Below, in pieces: positions 40,747 to 52,268 of a DNA stretch of 64,000 nt. The stretch spans positions 544,001-608,000 of the forward strand of contig CAVYXA010000001.1 in the NCBI GenBank assembly GCA_963772365.1, in the 5' to 3' direction. The notes below the pieces were generated by a model. It saw nothing but the letters and a program-made list of their open reading frames with translations. It was not told the origin of the DNA and did no database searches. The stretch comes from an uncultured Verrucomicrobiae bacterium. Its GTDB lineage: Bacteria > Verrucomicrobiota > Verrucomicrobiia > Chthoniobacterales > UBA10450. The position numbers were made by a program, and so were the translations under genes. Every line of letters begins with the position of its first letter. Within the stretch, counting starts at the first letter, position 1.

Positions 40747-40914
40747 ATTAATCTGCGGACCGCGTGTGCGAAAGTCGAATTCACCATTCGATCGATCGCT
40801 CTAATTGGCCGCATTTGAGCGAGTTGACAGGCAAAAAAAATTTTAGGAGGGCCAAAAAGCTTGCTTGCTACGATTCAGCAATTGACCCAATATGGCCCTT
40901 CGAACTACATAATT

Positions 40915-41103
40915 ATGAAGAAATACATCTGCATACTAGCCGGTGCCGCGCTTCTCGCGGCGTGTGAGCAAAAAACTGAAACCGTCGCCCCAGAAGCTAG
41001 CCCCACTGCGACCATGGCGCCGGAGATGAGTCCGGAAGCGACTATGGCGCCGGAGATGACGCCAACTCCGGCCATGTCACCGGAGATGACGCCGACACCA
41101 TAA
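40915..41103 (+). CDS. Small lipoprotein with Pro/Met/Thr repeats
   Basis: Lipobox LAAC; three ~30-bp repeats encoding M(A/S)PEM(S/T)P. Confidence 0.75.
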   Translation: MKKYICILAGAALLAACEQKTETVAPEASPTATMAPEMSPEATMAPEMTPTPAMSPEMTPTP

Positions 41104-41134
41104 ATCAGCACAGATAAAATCCCAGGAGGTACGA

Positions 41135-41356
41135 ATGAAAAAATGGATGTTTCTCCTGCTCGGGGCCGGATTGTTGATGGCCTGTGAGCAAAAAGAAACG
41201 AGCGTAACCAACCCGCCCGCGCAAAAAGAGGAGAATACAACAATCATTAATAAGGAATCGCCGCCTCCGGAGCAGAAAACGGAGACCGAACCCAAAACGG
41301 AGACGGAAACCAAGAGCGAGACGAATATTAACGTCAATCCATCTCCTACTCCGTAG
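41135..41356 (+). CDS. Small lipoprotein
   Basis: AGGAGG RBS, lipobox LMAC; CEQK start shared with the neighbouring lipoprotein. Confidence 0.8.
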   Translation: MKKWMFLLLGAGLLMACEQKETSVTNPPAQKEENTTIINKESPPPEQKTETEPKTETETKSETNINVNPSPTP

Positions 41357-41377
41357 TTTCACAAACGGTCTTTAACG

Positions 41378-41418
41378 GCAAAGTCTTCCCGCGGATTTCC
41401 GCCCGCGGGGAGACTTTT
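41378..41418 (+). terminator. Rho-independent terminator
   Basis: aaagtcttcccgcgg...ccgcggggagactttt. Confidence 0.65.
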
Positions 41419-41484
41419 GCTGTACTGGTCGAAATGTCTGCTGACATTTTTGGCCGGTGTAGATCGGGATTATCGTATCGAGTA

Positions 41485-41850
41485 ATGCCACAGGCGCGTT
41501 CCCTTCGATTTCCCAAGAAGCGCCGGCTTGTTCGCACTTCGGAATTCGACCAAGTTAGGCGACATGGATCTTTCTGGCGGGGAAAATTCCTCCTGTTGAG
41601 CATTTGGAAGAGCGACAACGAAGGTCCATTTCGCGCCGGCTTCATCACCGCGCGTCAGCTCGGCAACGCCGTCACACGTAACCGCATCCGGCGTCGCCTG
41701 CGTGAAGTTGTGTGGCGGCATCAGCATGAAATGCGAGGCAAATTTTGGATGGTGATCATCGCCCGGACGGCCGCCAGAGACGCAAGCTATCAAGCGCTGG
41801 AGGATGAATGGTTGCGTCTAGCAAAGCGCGCTTCTATCCTGACGCCCTGA
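41485..41850 (+). CDS. rnpA: Ribonuclease P protein component
   Basis: FPKKRRL....[17 protein letters not shown]; operon context. Confidence 0.93.
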   Translation: MPQARSLRFPKKRRLVRTSEFDQVRRHGSFWRGKFLLLSIWKSDNEGPFRAGFITARQLGNAVTRNRIRRRLREVVWRHQHEMRGKFWMVIIARTAARDASYQALEDEWLRLAKRASILTP

Positions 41851-42125
41851 TGATTTTTTTGTTGCGGCTGTTGATTCGCCTCTATCAATACACGCTCTCA
41901 CCGTTGCTCGCACTTTTTGGCGGTGGCTGCCGTTTCGAGCCGACCTGCTCGGCCTATTTTCTGGAAGCAATTGAGAAACACGGCTTTGCCCAGGGGAGTT
42001 GGCTCGGATTGAAACGCCTCGGCCGATGTCACCCGTGGGGCGGTTCAGGATACGACCCCGTGCCGAACCGGGAGAGATGCCAGATCGTGCATTCCGTATC
42101 CGGTATTGGGGCCAGGGCGAAATAG
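41850..42125 (+). CDS. yidD: Membrane protein insertion efficiency factor
   Basis: [23 protein letters not shown]. Confidence 0.95.
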   Translation: MIFLLRLLIRLYQYTLSPLLALFGGGCRFEPTCSAYFLEAIEKHGFAQGSWLGLKRLGRCHPWGGSGYDPVPNRERCQIVHSVSGIGARAK

Positions 42126-42141
42126 CCAAGCGTGAGAATCT

Positions 42142-43872
42142 ATGGATCGAACTGCATGGATCGCGATTGCGTTTTGCGTTCTTGGCCTTGTTTTGTGGGA
42201 AGTGTACGTCGCAAAACAGGTGCAGCCACACCACGCTGCTGCAGCTGGTGCTACTCCCGCTCCCGTATCTCCGTCTGTCGCACCCGGGGTTAGCAACTCG
42301 GCCACGCCGAGCGCCACCATTATTCCATCTCCGACTCCGCAACCGGCGGAAAGTGTTCCTGAGTTTGCCGAGAAGATAGAAACGCTCCGCAATTCCGACG
42401 TCGAGTTGCATCTCACAAATCGAGGCGGCGGAATCAAGGAAGTCGTTTTGCTCAACCACATGGCCGAAAAAGGCGAGCCGGTGATCTTGAACGCAGCCGA
42501 AAACATCCCGATTGGCACAATCGTTGAACAACCGGCGGCCCCCGTAGTTCACGAATACAGCGCAGCTTCGACGACCGATGGCTCCCTGGAATTCCAGCGC
42601 GTTACTCCGGAGCAGGTTACGATTCACAAAAAAATCGCGTTCGCCAAATCAAGCGAGGAAAAAGACAATTTCGTAATTAAAATGGACGTCGATCTTGCGA
42701 ATGGCGGCGCCAAGCCGTACGCAAAACCGAATTACTATGTGGCACTTGGGTCAGCCGCGCCGATTCACCCGAAAGATTACGCTTCATTTACGCGGGTGGT
42801 GTGGTGCGTTAACGGACGGGCCAAAGGCGTTGACGTTGGCTGGTTCGGCGCGGGGGGAGGACTTTTCGGAATAGGCGCCCATCCCGCGCGCCCGAATTAC
42901 GAGGACCAGATTCCCGGCGCAGAATGGGCGGCCGTCAGTAATCAATTCTTCACAACGTTGATCGCTCCCCTCAATGCCAAAGCGACCGGCATCTGGGGTC
43001 GCCGGTTTGAAATCAAGCGATGGCCGGATCATCCGGCATTCGGAATCGAAGGGGCAATGCAAATGCCGGGCTATCAAATCGCTCCTGGCGAAAGTTACCA
43101 TGCCCGATTCGAGATCTATACGGGACCGAAAATTTATCATCGTCTCGCGCAGCTTCCGCACAACGAAGCCGAGATCATGGATTTCGGCATGTTCAAGATC
43201 GTCTGCCAATTTCTTCTCAACTTCATGAACCTGCTGCACAGCTGGTTGCATGATTACGGGCTGGCCATTCTGGCTCTGACCACTGTGATCAAACTGACGC
43301 TCTGGCCGATTCAAAATAAAGCCAATCGCTCCATGCGCCAGATGGCGCTGCTTTCGCCGAAAATGCAGGAGCTCCGCGAGAGGTACAAAGATGACCCGAC
43401 CAAAATGAATCAGGAAGTGATGAAGCTGTACAAGCAATACGGCATCAATCCTGTCGGCGGTTGTCTGCCAATGATGATTCAGATCCCGATCTTTTTCGGT
43501 CTGTTTAAAATGCTCGGGCAGGCGGTTGAATTGCGGAACGCGAAGTTTCTCTGGATCAAAGATCTCTCCCAGCCGGACACCCTCGCTTATCTGCCGGTTT
43601 TGGGTTGGCGAATCAATCTCATCCCGATCCTGATGGCGGCATCACAAATCTGGCTGATGGCGATGACGCCCAAGACGGGTGACGCCACCCAACGGCGGGT
43701 AATGATGTTCACGCCGCTGATCTTCCTATTTATCTGCTACAATTTTGCTGCGGCTCTGGCATTGTATTACACGACCCAAAATCTTTTCAGTATCCTCCAA
43801 TTTTATCTGAACAAACGACAACCGATGCCGACGCTCGAAAAAGTTGCCCCTCCCACAAGACGGAAACGATGA
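42142..43872 (+). CDS. yidC: Membrane protein insertase
   Basis: YTGPK, DFG, GLAI, NPVGGCLP..IQIPIF, WIKDLSQPD. Confidence 0.96.
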   Translation: MDRTAWIAIAFCVLGLVLWEVYVAKQVQPHHAAAAGATPAPVSPSVAPGVSNSATPSATIIPSPTPQPAESVPEFAEKIETLRNSDVELHLTNRGGGIKEVVLLNHMAEKGEPVILNAAENIPIGTIVEQPAAPVVHEYSAASTTDGSLEFQRVTPEQVTIHKKIAFAKSSEEKDNFVIKMDVDLANGGAKPYAKPNYYVALGSAAPIHPKDYASFTRVVWCVNGRAKGVDVGWFGAGGGLFGIGAHPARPNYEDQIPGAEWAAVSNQFFTTLIAPLNAKATGIWGRRFEIKRWPDHPAFGIEGAMQMPGYQIAPGESYHARFEIYTGPKIYHRLAQLPHNEAEIMDFGMFKIVCQFLLNFMNLLHSWLHDYGLAILALTTVIKLTLWPIQNKANRSMRQMALLSPKMQELRERYKDDPTKMNQEVMKLYKQYGINPVGGCLPMMIQIPIFFGLFKMLGQAVELRNAKFLWIKDLSQPDTLAYLPVLGWRINLIPILMAASQIWLMAMTPKTGDATQRRVMMFTPLIFLFICYNFAAALALYYTTQNLFSILQFYLNKRQPMPTLEKVAPPTRRKR

Positions 43873-44348
43873 TGACGCCGAAAGAGCTGCTCGATACGAT
43901 CCTCGGTTATCTCGGTTTTGTCGTCCAGATCGAGGAATCGAAAAACGAGGCCGGCAACCAGGTTTTGCAAATTTATACCGAAGAAAGCAGGCGCTTGATC
44001 GGGCGCAATGGCGAAACGCTGGAGGCGATCCAGTTTTTGCTCAACCGGCTTTTGCAAACCCGGGACAGGGACGCAGCCAAGGTGGTGGTCGATTGCGAGC
44101 ATTATCGCTCGATGCGAGAAGACCGAATCGTCGAGCGCGTCCGGACTCTAGCGGAACGGGTCCGGATCACCGGCCGATCCCTTCAATTAGAGCCGATGAA
44201 TTCCTACGAGCGGCGCATCGTTCACAATGCATTTAAAGACGATCCAGACGTGGCAACATGGAGCCCGTCGGATTCTGCGCGGATCAAACAAATTACATTG
44301 GTCAAGCGCCAGCCCAAAAAAGACGCTGCGGCGCAGGCTGCGCCCTAG
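43869..44348 (+). CDS. jag: Jag/KhpB-like KH-R3H RNA-binding protein
   Basis: LIGRNGETLEAIQFL, LEPMNSYERRIVH; follows yidC. Confidence 0.88.
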   Translation: MMTPKELLDTILGYLGFVVQIEESKNEAGNQVLQIYTEESRRLIGRNGETLEAIQFLLNRLLQTRDRDAAKVVVDCEHYRSMREDRIVERVRTLAERVRITGRSLQLEPMNSYERRIVHNAFKDDPDVATWSPSDSARIKQITLVKRQPKKDAAAQAAP

Positions 44349-44481
44349 GTGGATCGGATTCTCCGAAGACGATGGTAAATTAACCGCCGAAGGCGCAAAC
44401 CACATCCTACAGATCCACTACCTCGAAAGCTGGGCGGCTGCGCCGCATTGATACCAACGCGTTGAGGACAACGCGTTCCAC

Positions 44482-45648
44482 CTATTGTTGGCAACGCGCG
44501 GCCTCTTTTTGTTCTCCCGCGCGCACCTCGGGTCGCCAGCGAAATCTTTCCAGTACCGGATTTGGTTTGCCTTCCACCGAATCGGCAATGATCTCGCCCA
44601 GGATTGGTGCGAACTTGAAACCGTGACCGCTGTCGCCTGCCGCGATTATCAAACCGCTTCGGCCCGGATCGTGATCGATCCAGAAATTGCCGTCGTGCGT
44701 ATCGCAATAGAAACATCGCCGGGTGAATACAATCGGAGCATCGTAAAGCGCAGGGAATGTCGATCGTAGGAAGTCGCGCAAATTTTCTTCCTCTTGAGCT
44801 GTCACGCCGCGTTCTGCCGATTCGGGAGACATTTCTTTCCCGGCGCCATGATTGGCGATTTTCACAACACCGTCGCGACTCAGCGGAAAACCGTAATAGC
44901 CGGTGCCTGAAATGTCCGCGCCGAAAACGGGGAAAACCTCCGGCCTGAAAAGATCCGGTTGATGTGGCTTTAGATGAAAGACCGGTTGGCCGCTGGACCG
45001 GAAAAACTTTCGTGTAAACGGCAATATATAAGGCGTCCACGCTCCAACTGTCAGGACGATCATGTCCGCAGCGATCCGTTGTCGATCCTCCAGAACGATG
45101 CCTGTCACGCTATCGTCCTGGCTCAACCTCGCCAACCGACTGTTCTCACGCAATTCAACGCCGAGCGCGACAGCGCGTTCGAGAAGAATGCGAACTACCC
45201 GCCCGCTTTCGGCATAGCCGGCTTTCACTTCCAAAATCCCATCGACGTATCGATCCGCATTCCAAGCCGGAAATCGCTGACGCAGTTTAGTCGAATCGAT
45301 TCGCTCAAATTCTGCTCCGCGTCGTTGGAGAATTTTGAAACTTTCGTACTCAAAGTCGCCGGGCTGCATTCTTTCCCGTCTGAGAAACATGGCGCCGACT
45401 TCGTGATACAGCTCACTACCAAACTCGAGGTTCCATTCTCGCCAACGCCGGATCGAGCGTTCAGCCATTTCTGTATAGAATTCATCCAAGCCATAAGCCG
45501 CTCGCACTGCTTTACTGATATCGGTGGATGCAGCCAAGGGATGCGGCAACGGCCCAGGATCGACAAGGACAACGGCATGGCCGCGACTCCTTAGTTCGAT
45601 CGCAGCCGTGACTCCATTAATTCCCGCGCCAACGATGACGATTTTCAT
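44482..45648 (-). CDS. FAD-dependent oxidoreductase (sarcosine/fructosyl-amine oxidase-like)
   Basis: IVGAGING, ASTDISK, CFY.DT.DG.F.ID, SGHGFKF; the upstream ORF extension to 45726 is repeat-derived. Confidence 0.88.
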   Translation of the reverse strand: MKIVIVGAGINGVTAAIELRSRGHAVVLVDPGPLPHPLAASTDISKAVRAAYGLDEFYTEMAERSIRRWREWNLEFGSELYHEVGAMFLRRERMQPGDFEYESFKILQRRGAEFERIDSTKLRQRFPAWNADRYVDGILEVKAGYAESGRVVRILLERAVALGVELRENSRLARLSQDDSVTGIVLEDRQRIAADMIVLTVGAWTPYILPFTRKFFRSSGQPVFHLKPHQPDLFRPEVFPVFGADISGTGYYGFPLSRDGVVKIANHGAGKEMSPESAERGVTAQEEENLRDFLRSTFPALYDAPIVFTRRCFYCDTHDGNFWIDHDPGRSGLIIAAGDSGHGFKFAPILGEIIADSVEGKPNPVLERFRWRPEVRAGEQKEAARCQQ

Positions 45649-45650
45649 GG

Positions 45651-45716
45651 CTGTAGCGGCACCCTTGTGAGCGCCGAAACTTAATTGAGCTCGACGGTCA
45701 TAGACCGCCGCTACAA
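45651..45716. repeat. REP-like doublet tgtagcggc...gccgctaca
   Basis: Inverted ends; right arm identical to the copy at ~9333-9357. Confidence 0.75.
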
Positions 45717-45722
45717 TTACTG

Positions 45723-46718
45723 TCACGTATCGAATTCAAAGATGATCTTGCCGCTGCGCTTTCCCTGAGCGGCGCGCATCACGGCAGCATTGGCTTCAGA
45801 AAGCGGATAACTCTTTTCGACCTTGGTTTTCAGCAACCCTCGGTTGGCCATTTTAAACAGCGGTCGAAACGCATCCATGCGCTGATCGTGCGTTGCGTCG
45901 TCGTACCATTTGTTGATCCAAATCCCGCGAAATCTCAGGTCCTTGAAAATCAACAAGCCGGTCGGGATTTTCAGCGGCTGCAAACTCATCGCGCCGAAAC
46001 TCACGAGCGTGCCGCCGAAAGCGAGACAGTTGGCCAAATGCAGGGCGCTATCGCCACCGACGGAATTTAGTCCGAGCCGAATCGCCGCTCCCTGTGTCGC
46101 ATTCCTTACTTCATCACGAAGCTTTTCACTATCGACCAAAACCACGTCGCCGCCTTTTTCGCGAAGTTCTTCAATCAGCTCCGAGCGCCGAACGATATTC
46201 ACAGTTTTGTAACCAAGTTCCCGCGCGATCTGAATCACCGCGCGGCCCACAGCCGAATTTGCGGCATTCTGGATCAGCCACTCCCCCGGCGTAAGATCGA
46301 CATAATCGTGCAAGAGTCGCCATGCAGTCATCGGGTTGATCTTGAGCATCGCTGCCTGCACTGGCTCTATGCCCAATGGGACAACGACTAACTCGCCAGC
46401 CTTCACAGCAACCGCGTCCCGCCACGTGCCGATGTTGTGCGGTAAGATTACAAGGTCGCCGATCGCGACGTTCTTTGTGTCTTTGCCAAGATCGACAACC
46501 ACTCCCGCACCTTCGAATCCAGGCACCGCGGGAACTTCACGGCGAGCGGGATATTTGCCTTCAATGGCATTAATATCGGCGGGATTAATGGGCGCAGCCT
46601 TCATTTCCACGACAACTTCATCTGGTTTAGCTGTCGGCCACGGCTGCTGCTGAACCTGCAAAACATCCGCCGGATTTCCGTGCGTTTCGTAGACGGCGAC
46701 GTTAATGGTTTTGTTCAT
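45723..46718 (-). CDS. Trans-2-enoyl-thioester reductase (MDR, Etr1/MECR-like)
   Basis: AAPINPADIN.IEG.Y, INPMTAWRLL, QNAANSAVG, LIFKDL.FRG.W. Confidence 0.9.
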   Translation of the reverse strand: MNKTINVAVYETHGNPADVLQVQQQPWPTAKPDEVVVEMKAAPINPADINAIEGKYPARREVPAVPGFEGAGVVVDLGKDTKNVAIGDLVILPHNIGTWRDAVAVKAGELVVVPLGIEPVQAAMLKINPMTAWRLLHDYVDLTPGEWLIQNAANSAVGRAVIQIARELGYKTVNIVRRSELIEELREKGGDVVLVDSEKLRDEVRNATQGAAIRLGLNSVGGDSALHLANCLAFGGTLVSFGAMSLQPLKIPTGLLIFKDLRFRGIWINKWYDDATHDQRMDAFRPLFKMANRGLLKTKVEKSYPLSEANAAVMRAAQGKRSGKIIFEFDT

Positions 46719-47619
46719 GATGTCTCCGGCAGCCAATCCTCAGGCTTCCAATGAGAATCTGCAAACCGGCGCGCGCGTGGCGCTGCTGGGTCTCACGATC
46801 AATGTCGTTTTGGCGGCAGCAAAAATCACCGCCGGAATTTTGGGTAACGCTTACGTCTTGATTGCTGATGGAATTGAATCCGCGCTGGACGTGGGCGGTT
46901 CGATTGTGATTTGGGGCGGATTGAAATTTGCCGCTCGCCCGCCAGACGCAACGCATCCATACGGTCACGGCAAAGCCGAACCAATCGCGGCGGCTGTTGT
47001 TTCGGCCGGTGTCCTCGCGGCCGCGCTTGGTCTGGCCATTGAAAGCATCCGCGAGATTTTTCAGCCCCGTCATGGTCCAGCGCCATTTACTCTGGTCGTG
47101 CTCATCGTTGTCATAGCGATCAAAGAAATCATCTACCGGCTGGTGAACCGTTTCGGTCGGAGCATTGAAAGCACTGCCATGCAGACGGATGCCTGGCATC
47201 ATCGAATTGATGCGCTCACTTCTGCGGCGGCTTTCATCGGGATTTCGATCGCGCTAATTGGCGGCGAGAAATGGCAAAGCGCTGATAATTGGGCGGCGCT
47301 TTTCGCCTGCGGATTAATTGCGATGAACGGCTCTCAACTTTTATGGCCGGCCTTGCGCGAGATCATGGACACCGCCCCGCGTGGGCCAATCGTTCACTCC
47401 GTGCAGACTGCTGCTCAATCTGTCCCGGGCGTTCTTGAAGTGGAGAAATGTTTTATTCGAAAGATGGGACTCAACTTCTATGTCGATCTTCATGTAGGCG
47501 TAGATGGAGAGATATCGGTCCGGGAAGGTCATCGCATTGCGCACGAAGTGAAACGCGCGATCCAGGGAACAGATAGCCGCATTGTCGATGTTCTGGTGCA
47601 CATCGAACCAGTCGCGTAA
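46717..47619 (+). CDS. Cation diffusion facilitator transporter (start uncertain)
   Basis: PPD..HPYGHGKAE, DAWHHRID, VDLHV, GH.IA, DVLVHIEP. Confidence 0.92.
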   Translation: MMSPAANPQASNENLQTGARVALLGLTINVVLAAAKITAGILGNAYVLIADGIESALDVGGSIVIWGGLKFAARPPDATHPYGHGKAEPIAAAVVSAGVLAAALGLAIESIREIFQPRHGPAPFTLVVLIVVIAIKEIIYRLVNRFGRSIESTAMQTDAWHHRIDALTSAAAFIGISIALIGGEKWQSADNWAALFACGLIAMNGSQLLWPALREIMDTAPRGPIVHSVQTAAQSVPGVLEVEKCFIRKMGLNFYVDLHVGVDGEISVREGHRIAHEVKRAIQGTDSRIVDVLVHIEPVA

Positions 47620-47640
47620 AAAAGAAACGCGAGTTCCTGC

Positions 47641-47696
47641 TGTTGTAGGGCAGGCGCTCCGCCTGCCGGGCAAGCGAGGCGCTTGCCCTACAAACA
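47641..47696. repeat. REP-like doublet ttgtagggcaggcg...gcttgccctacaa
   Basis: Same family as the tandem array at 54827-55049; lies between convergent genes. Confidence 0.85.
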
Positions 47697-47709
47697 TTTT
47701 GATCCCGAT

Positions 47710-48423
47710 CTATTCTACGCTTCCATAGCGCCGTTGGCGGCGCCCATATTCCTCGACCGCAGCGAACAAATCCTTCCTGGTAAAATCGGGCCAGAGTTTC
47801 GGCGTCACATACATTTCCGTATAGGAAAGTTGCCAGAGAAGAAAATTCGACAACCGCATTTCGCCCGAGGTGCGGATAAGTAAATCGGGATCGGGATAGT
47901 ATCGAGTGTAGAGATGTTTACTGAACATCTCGACGTCGATCATGCCTTTGTCGATGTGACCGAGCTCGATCGCGCGAAGCAGGCTCTTGATTCCATCAAT
48001 GATCTCGAGCCGGCCACCGTAGCTGAGTGCAAGAATCAGGGTAAGTCCGTTATTGTCGGCGGTTTTTTCGATTGTCTTGTGCAACTGCTCCTGGCAGGTC
48101 TGTGGCAAATCGGTCAGACGTCCGATTGCCTGAAGGCGCACATTTTTCTCGATCAACTCCGGCGTTTTTTCCTTCAAGAACTTCTCAAGCAGCCGCATCA
48201 ATGCGAAGACCTCGCTTTTCGGCCGTCTCCAGTTTTCGGCAGAAAACGCGTATAGCGTCAGATATTCGATTTTCAATTCACCACAGCCTTCTACGCACTC
48301 ACGCACAGCTTGGGCTCCCTGCTCGTGGCCCTTAATTCGGGGTAGTCCACGAGACTTTGCCCAACGGCCGTTCCCATCCATGATAATGGCCACGTGGCGG
48401 GGAACCGATTTGATCGACGGCAT
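47710..48423 (-). CDS. uppS: Undecaprenyl diphosphate synthase
   Basis: HVAIIMDGNGRWA, YAFSAENW.RP, IRTSGEMRLSNFLLWQ. Confidence 0.96.
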   Translation of the reverse strand: MPSIKSVPRHVAIIMDGNGRWAKSRGLPRIKGHEQGAQAVRECVEGCGELKIEYLTLYAFSAENWRRPKSEVFALMRLLEKFLKEKTPELIEKNVRLQAIGRLTDLPQTCQEQLHKTIEKTADNNGLTLILALSYGGRLEIIDGIKSLLRAIELGHIDKGMIDVEMFSKHLYTRYYPDPDLLIRTSGEMRLSNFLLWQLSYTEMYVTPKLWPDFTRKDLFAAVEEYGRRQRRYGSVE

Positions 48424-48425
48424 CT

Positions 48426-49700
<1,275 letters not shown>

Positions 49701-49910
49701 TCAACTGTTCGGCAAAAAATTTCCCGATGCATCGAGCGAGCCATCGGAGGAATTCTTCCTTCGGCTGACAAGAGGCAATCGGGACTTGCCGACGAAGAAT
49801 AAGGAGGAGAAACGCCGACCGCAAGACTTTTTGAAAGACGCACTTGAGGCAGCAAAAATCTCACGCAAAAAAAAACATCCAGCCCCCCAATCAATTACGT
49901 AGGTGAGTTG

Positions 49911-50063
49911 ATGCGACTAATTCTATTCATAATCCTGATTCTGTTAGTACTTGGATTGCTTCCAGCTTGGCCTTACAGCGGAGGCTGGGGCTGGTATCCG
50001 AGTGGCGGGATCGGGCTAATCTTGTTGATTGTGATCATTCTGGCCCTGCTCGGCAGAATCTAA
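49911..50063 (+). CDS. DUF3309-family small membrane protein (50 aa)
   Basis: Manual translation ...LPAWPYSGGWGWYPSGGIGLIL...LLGRI*. Confidence 0.85.
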   Translation: MRLILFIILILLVLGLLPAWPYSGGWGWYPSGGIGLILLIVIILALLGRI

Positions 50064-50099
50064 CAATCACCGTTCGCGGACGTGGAATTCGCTCCCGTT

Positions 50100-51158
50100 C
50101 TAGCGGGACGTTGCGTTTTGCGAAGCGAGCGCCCTTTTCAGGGCAACCGCCGATTCTCCACCGCCGCCGCGATAACCCGAGAAGTAGCGCTTCTTTTCCC
50201 AACGAATCGACTTGTCTCGGGTGAACGTGTTTAACGCGATGCGATAGCTCCCGCCGCCACCGCGTAAAGTTCGATGAGCCTGGATAAATTGAGTCGGGTC
50301 GTAGTAGTTGTTGTAGTCGCGTGCGAACGCGGCCCGGCTCATGCCGATCTCGATGTTCTTGCGAATCTCGAAATGCAGATGCGCATCGTAGAGACCATGC
50401 GCATTCCCCATCGTGGCAATCTGCTGTCCACGCTCTACCCGCTGGCCATGACGCACCAGGATTCGCTGAAGGTGCCCGTAAAACGAATCGATATTTTTGA
50501 TCGTGCCGTTCTCCCGAAAGGCATGACGCACAATGATTACATTCCCCCACCCTAGTTTGCAGTCCCGCGCAAATACGACGACGCCATTGCCGATGCAATA
50601 AATTGGGTCTCCCAGATCGGTGTCCCCGCCGCCGAGACCATCCCAGTCTTCGCCCAAATGACCGTGCTCCCGAAAACCGCGCGCCTTATAATATCCTTTC
50701 GTGTCTGGTTTCCCGATCGGGAAGTCAAACCCGTCGGCTAATTTTGTGAATGCGGTTGCGCCCTGATAATTGAGCGATTCGAGCGAAGTCTTCACTACTT
50801 GGTTATTGCTGCGCGATGTTGAAGAGGTTGCGACAATCTCCGGCTTGGCAGAAGCCGATTCAGCGGCTGAACTCGTGCGAGATTGCGCAGGTCGTGGCCG
50901 GTCGGTTGCGGATTGAGAAGTCGCCTTAATTGGGGGCTGGCTCTGCGCAACAGTGTGCGGCACGGGCGACGACGCGGCTGGAAGTTCCACAGTCACCACT
51001 TTTGAGACCTGAGGTTCGCGCCTAATCTCCTTTGCAACCGGTTGTTCAGCTGGAGAGATCTTTGGCTTTAGCTCGCGAACGATGACTACTTCCTGGGCTG
51101 AGATTCTTCCCGCGATCACGAAAGCACAGGCTGGTATTACAAAGAGCCGCCAGGACAT
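50100..51158 (-). CDS. M23 family metallopeptidase
   Basis: HLGED, YGHL, HLHFEIR motifs; signal peptide and low-complexity linker. Confidence 0.9.
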   Translation of the reverse strand: MSWRLFVIPACAFVIAGRISAQEVVIVRELKPKISPAEQPVAKEIRREPQVSKVVTVELPAASSPVPHTVAQSQPPIKATSQSATDRPRPAQSRTSSAAESASAKPEIVATSSTSRSNNQVVKTSLESLNYQGATAFTKLADGFDFPIGKPDTKGYYKARGFREHGHLGEDWDGLGGGDTDLGDPIYCIGNGVVVFARDCKLGWGNVIIVRHAFRENGTIKNIDSFYGHLQRILVRHGQRVERGQQIATMGNAHGLYDAHLHFEIRKNIEIGMSRAAFARDYNNYYDPTQFIQAHRTLRGGGGSYRIALNTFTRDKSIRWEKKRYFSGYRGGGGESAVALKRALASQNATSR

Positions 51159-51251
51159 GGAGCGCCCGTTTTAAGAAATCTGCGCCTGTCTGGCAAGAGG
51201 TTATTTGCGAAAAGACGTCGAAGAATCTGGTGCTATTTATTCGGGACGCGC

Positions 51252-51328
51252 GCTGTAGCGTCCGCTGTCCCCAGCGGATATGATCGTCACCTTAATATGG
51301 GATGCGCTGAGACGGCGCACACTACAGC
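51252..51328. repeat. REP-like doublet gctgtag...ctacagc
   Basis: Inverted ends with internal hairpins tccgctgtccccagcgga and tgcgctgagacggcgca. Confidence 0.65.
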
Positions 51329-51379
51329 ACGCGTTCGTTTTCACGGGCTAAACCCAGCTTCGCTCTGCTCAACCGTATC

Positions 51380-52243
51380 CTACATGAGTTCCCGCCAGAG
51401 CAGCGTAAGTAGTAACGCTCCGAGGATGATTCGGTATAAAGCAAAGGCAGCAAATCCTCGTTGGCGCACCCAATGCATGAACCAGGCAACGACACCGAGG
51501 GCGACAAAGAATGAGACAACAAATCCGATCACTAACACGATCCATTGGTGACCGTTGATCGACAAGGGCGCGAGATTTTCCGATGCATGGTGACTTGGCA
51601 GGACGGCTTTCAGAAAGTCGTATCCAGTGGCCGCGGCCATTGTGGGCATGGAAAGGAAAAATGAAAACTCGAGTGCAGCCGGGCGCGACATTCCAGCAAT
51701 TTGTCCGGCAGCAATAGTGGACATCGAACGCGAAGTGCCCGGGAAAACGGCGGATAGAATTTGCGCCGCACCGATCCAGACCGCCTGGGGAAAGCTCATC
51801 TCTTCCATGTGCAGTGTTCGGGGCCGAGTAAAAATTGCATCGACAATCCACATCACCACGGCGCCAATCAGAAGCGCAAACGCCATTACCCACAGGTTCT
51901 CGAGATTTTTACCGATTACTTTTGCCAAAAGCCACGCCGGAACTGCGGTGACCACAAAGGCAATCAAGGTCAGCGTGAGCGGATGCGTGAAGAAGTTTCG
52001 ATCTCCGCGTTCGCCGCGCGGAAACGTGCTGATGAATTTGAGGATACGGTTCCAGAAATAAACCGGCAACGCCAGGATCGCGCCGAGCTGAATCACGATC
52101 GTATACATCTTCCAGAAACCGTCGTGAAGGTCGATATGGATCAGCGCCTCGCAGATGCGCAGATGCGCTGTCGAGCTCACCGGAAGAAATTCCGTTAGAC
52201 CCTCGATGATCCCGAGGAAAATAGAGAGAAGATAATCGTTCAT
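51380..52243 (-). CDS. uppP: Undecaprenyl-diphosphate phosphatase
   Basis: GIIEGLTEFLPVSSTAH, IQLGAILA, PGTSRS. Confidence 0.95.
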   Translation of the reverse strand: MNDYLLSIFLGIIEGLTEFLPVSSTAHLRICEALIHIDLHDGFWKMYTIVIQLGAILALPVYFWNRILKFISTFPRGERGDRNFFTHPLTLTLIAFVVTAVPAWLLAKVIGKNLENLWVMAFALLIGAVVMWIVDAIFTRPRTLHMEEMSFPQAVWIGAAQILSAVFPGTSRSMSTIAAGQIAGMSRPAALEFSFFLSMPTMAAATGYDFLKAVLPSHHASENLAPLSINGHQWIVLVIGFVVSFFVALGVVAWFMHWVRQRGFAAFALYRIILGALLLTLLWRELM

Positions 52244-52268
52244 TGGTAAGGAAGAAAACGCCGAACAC

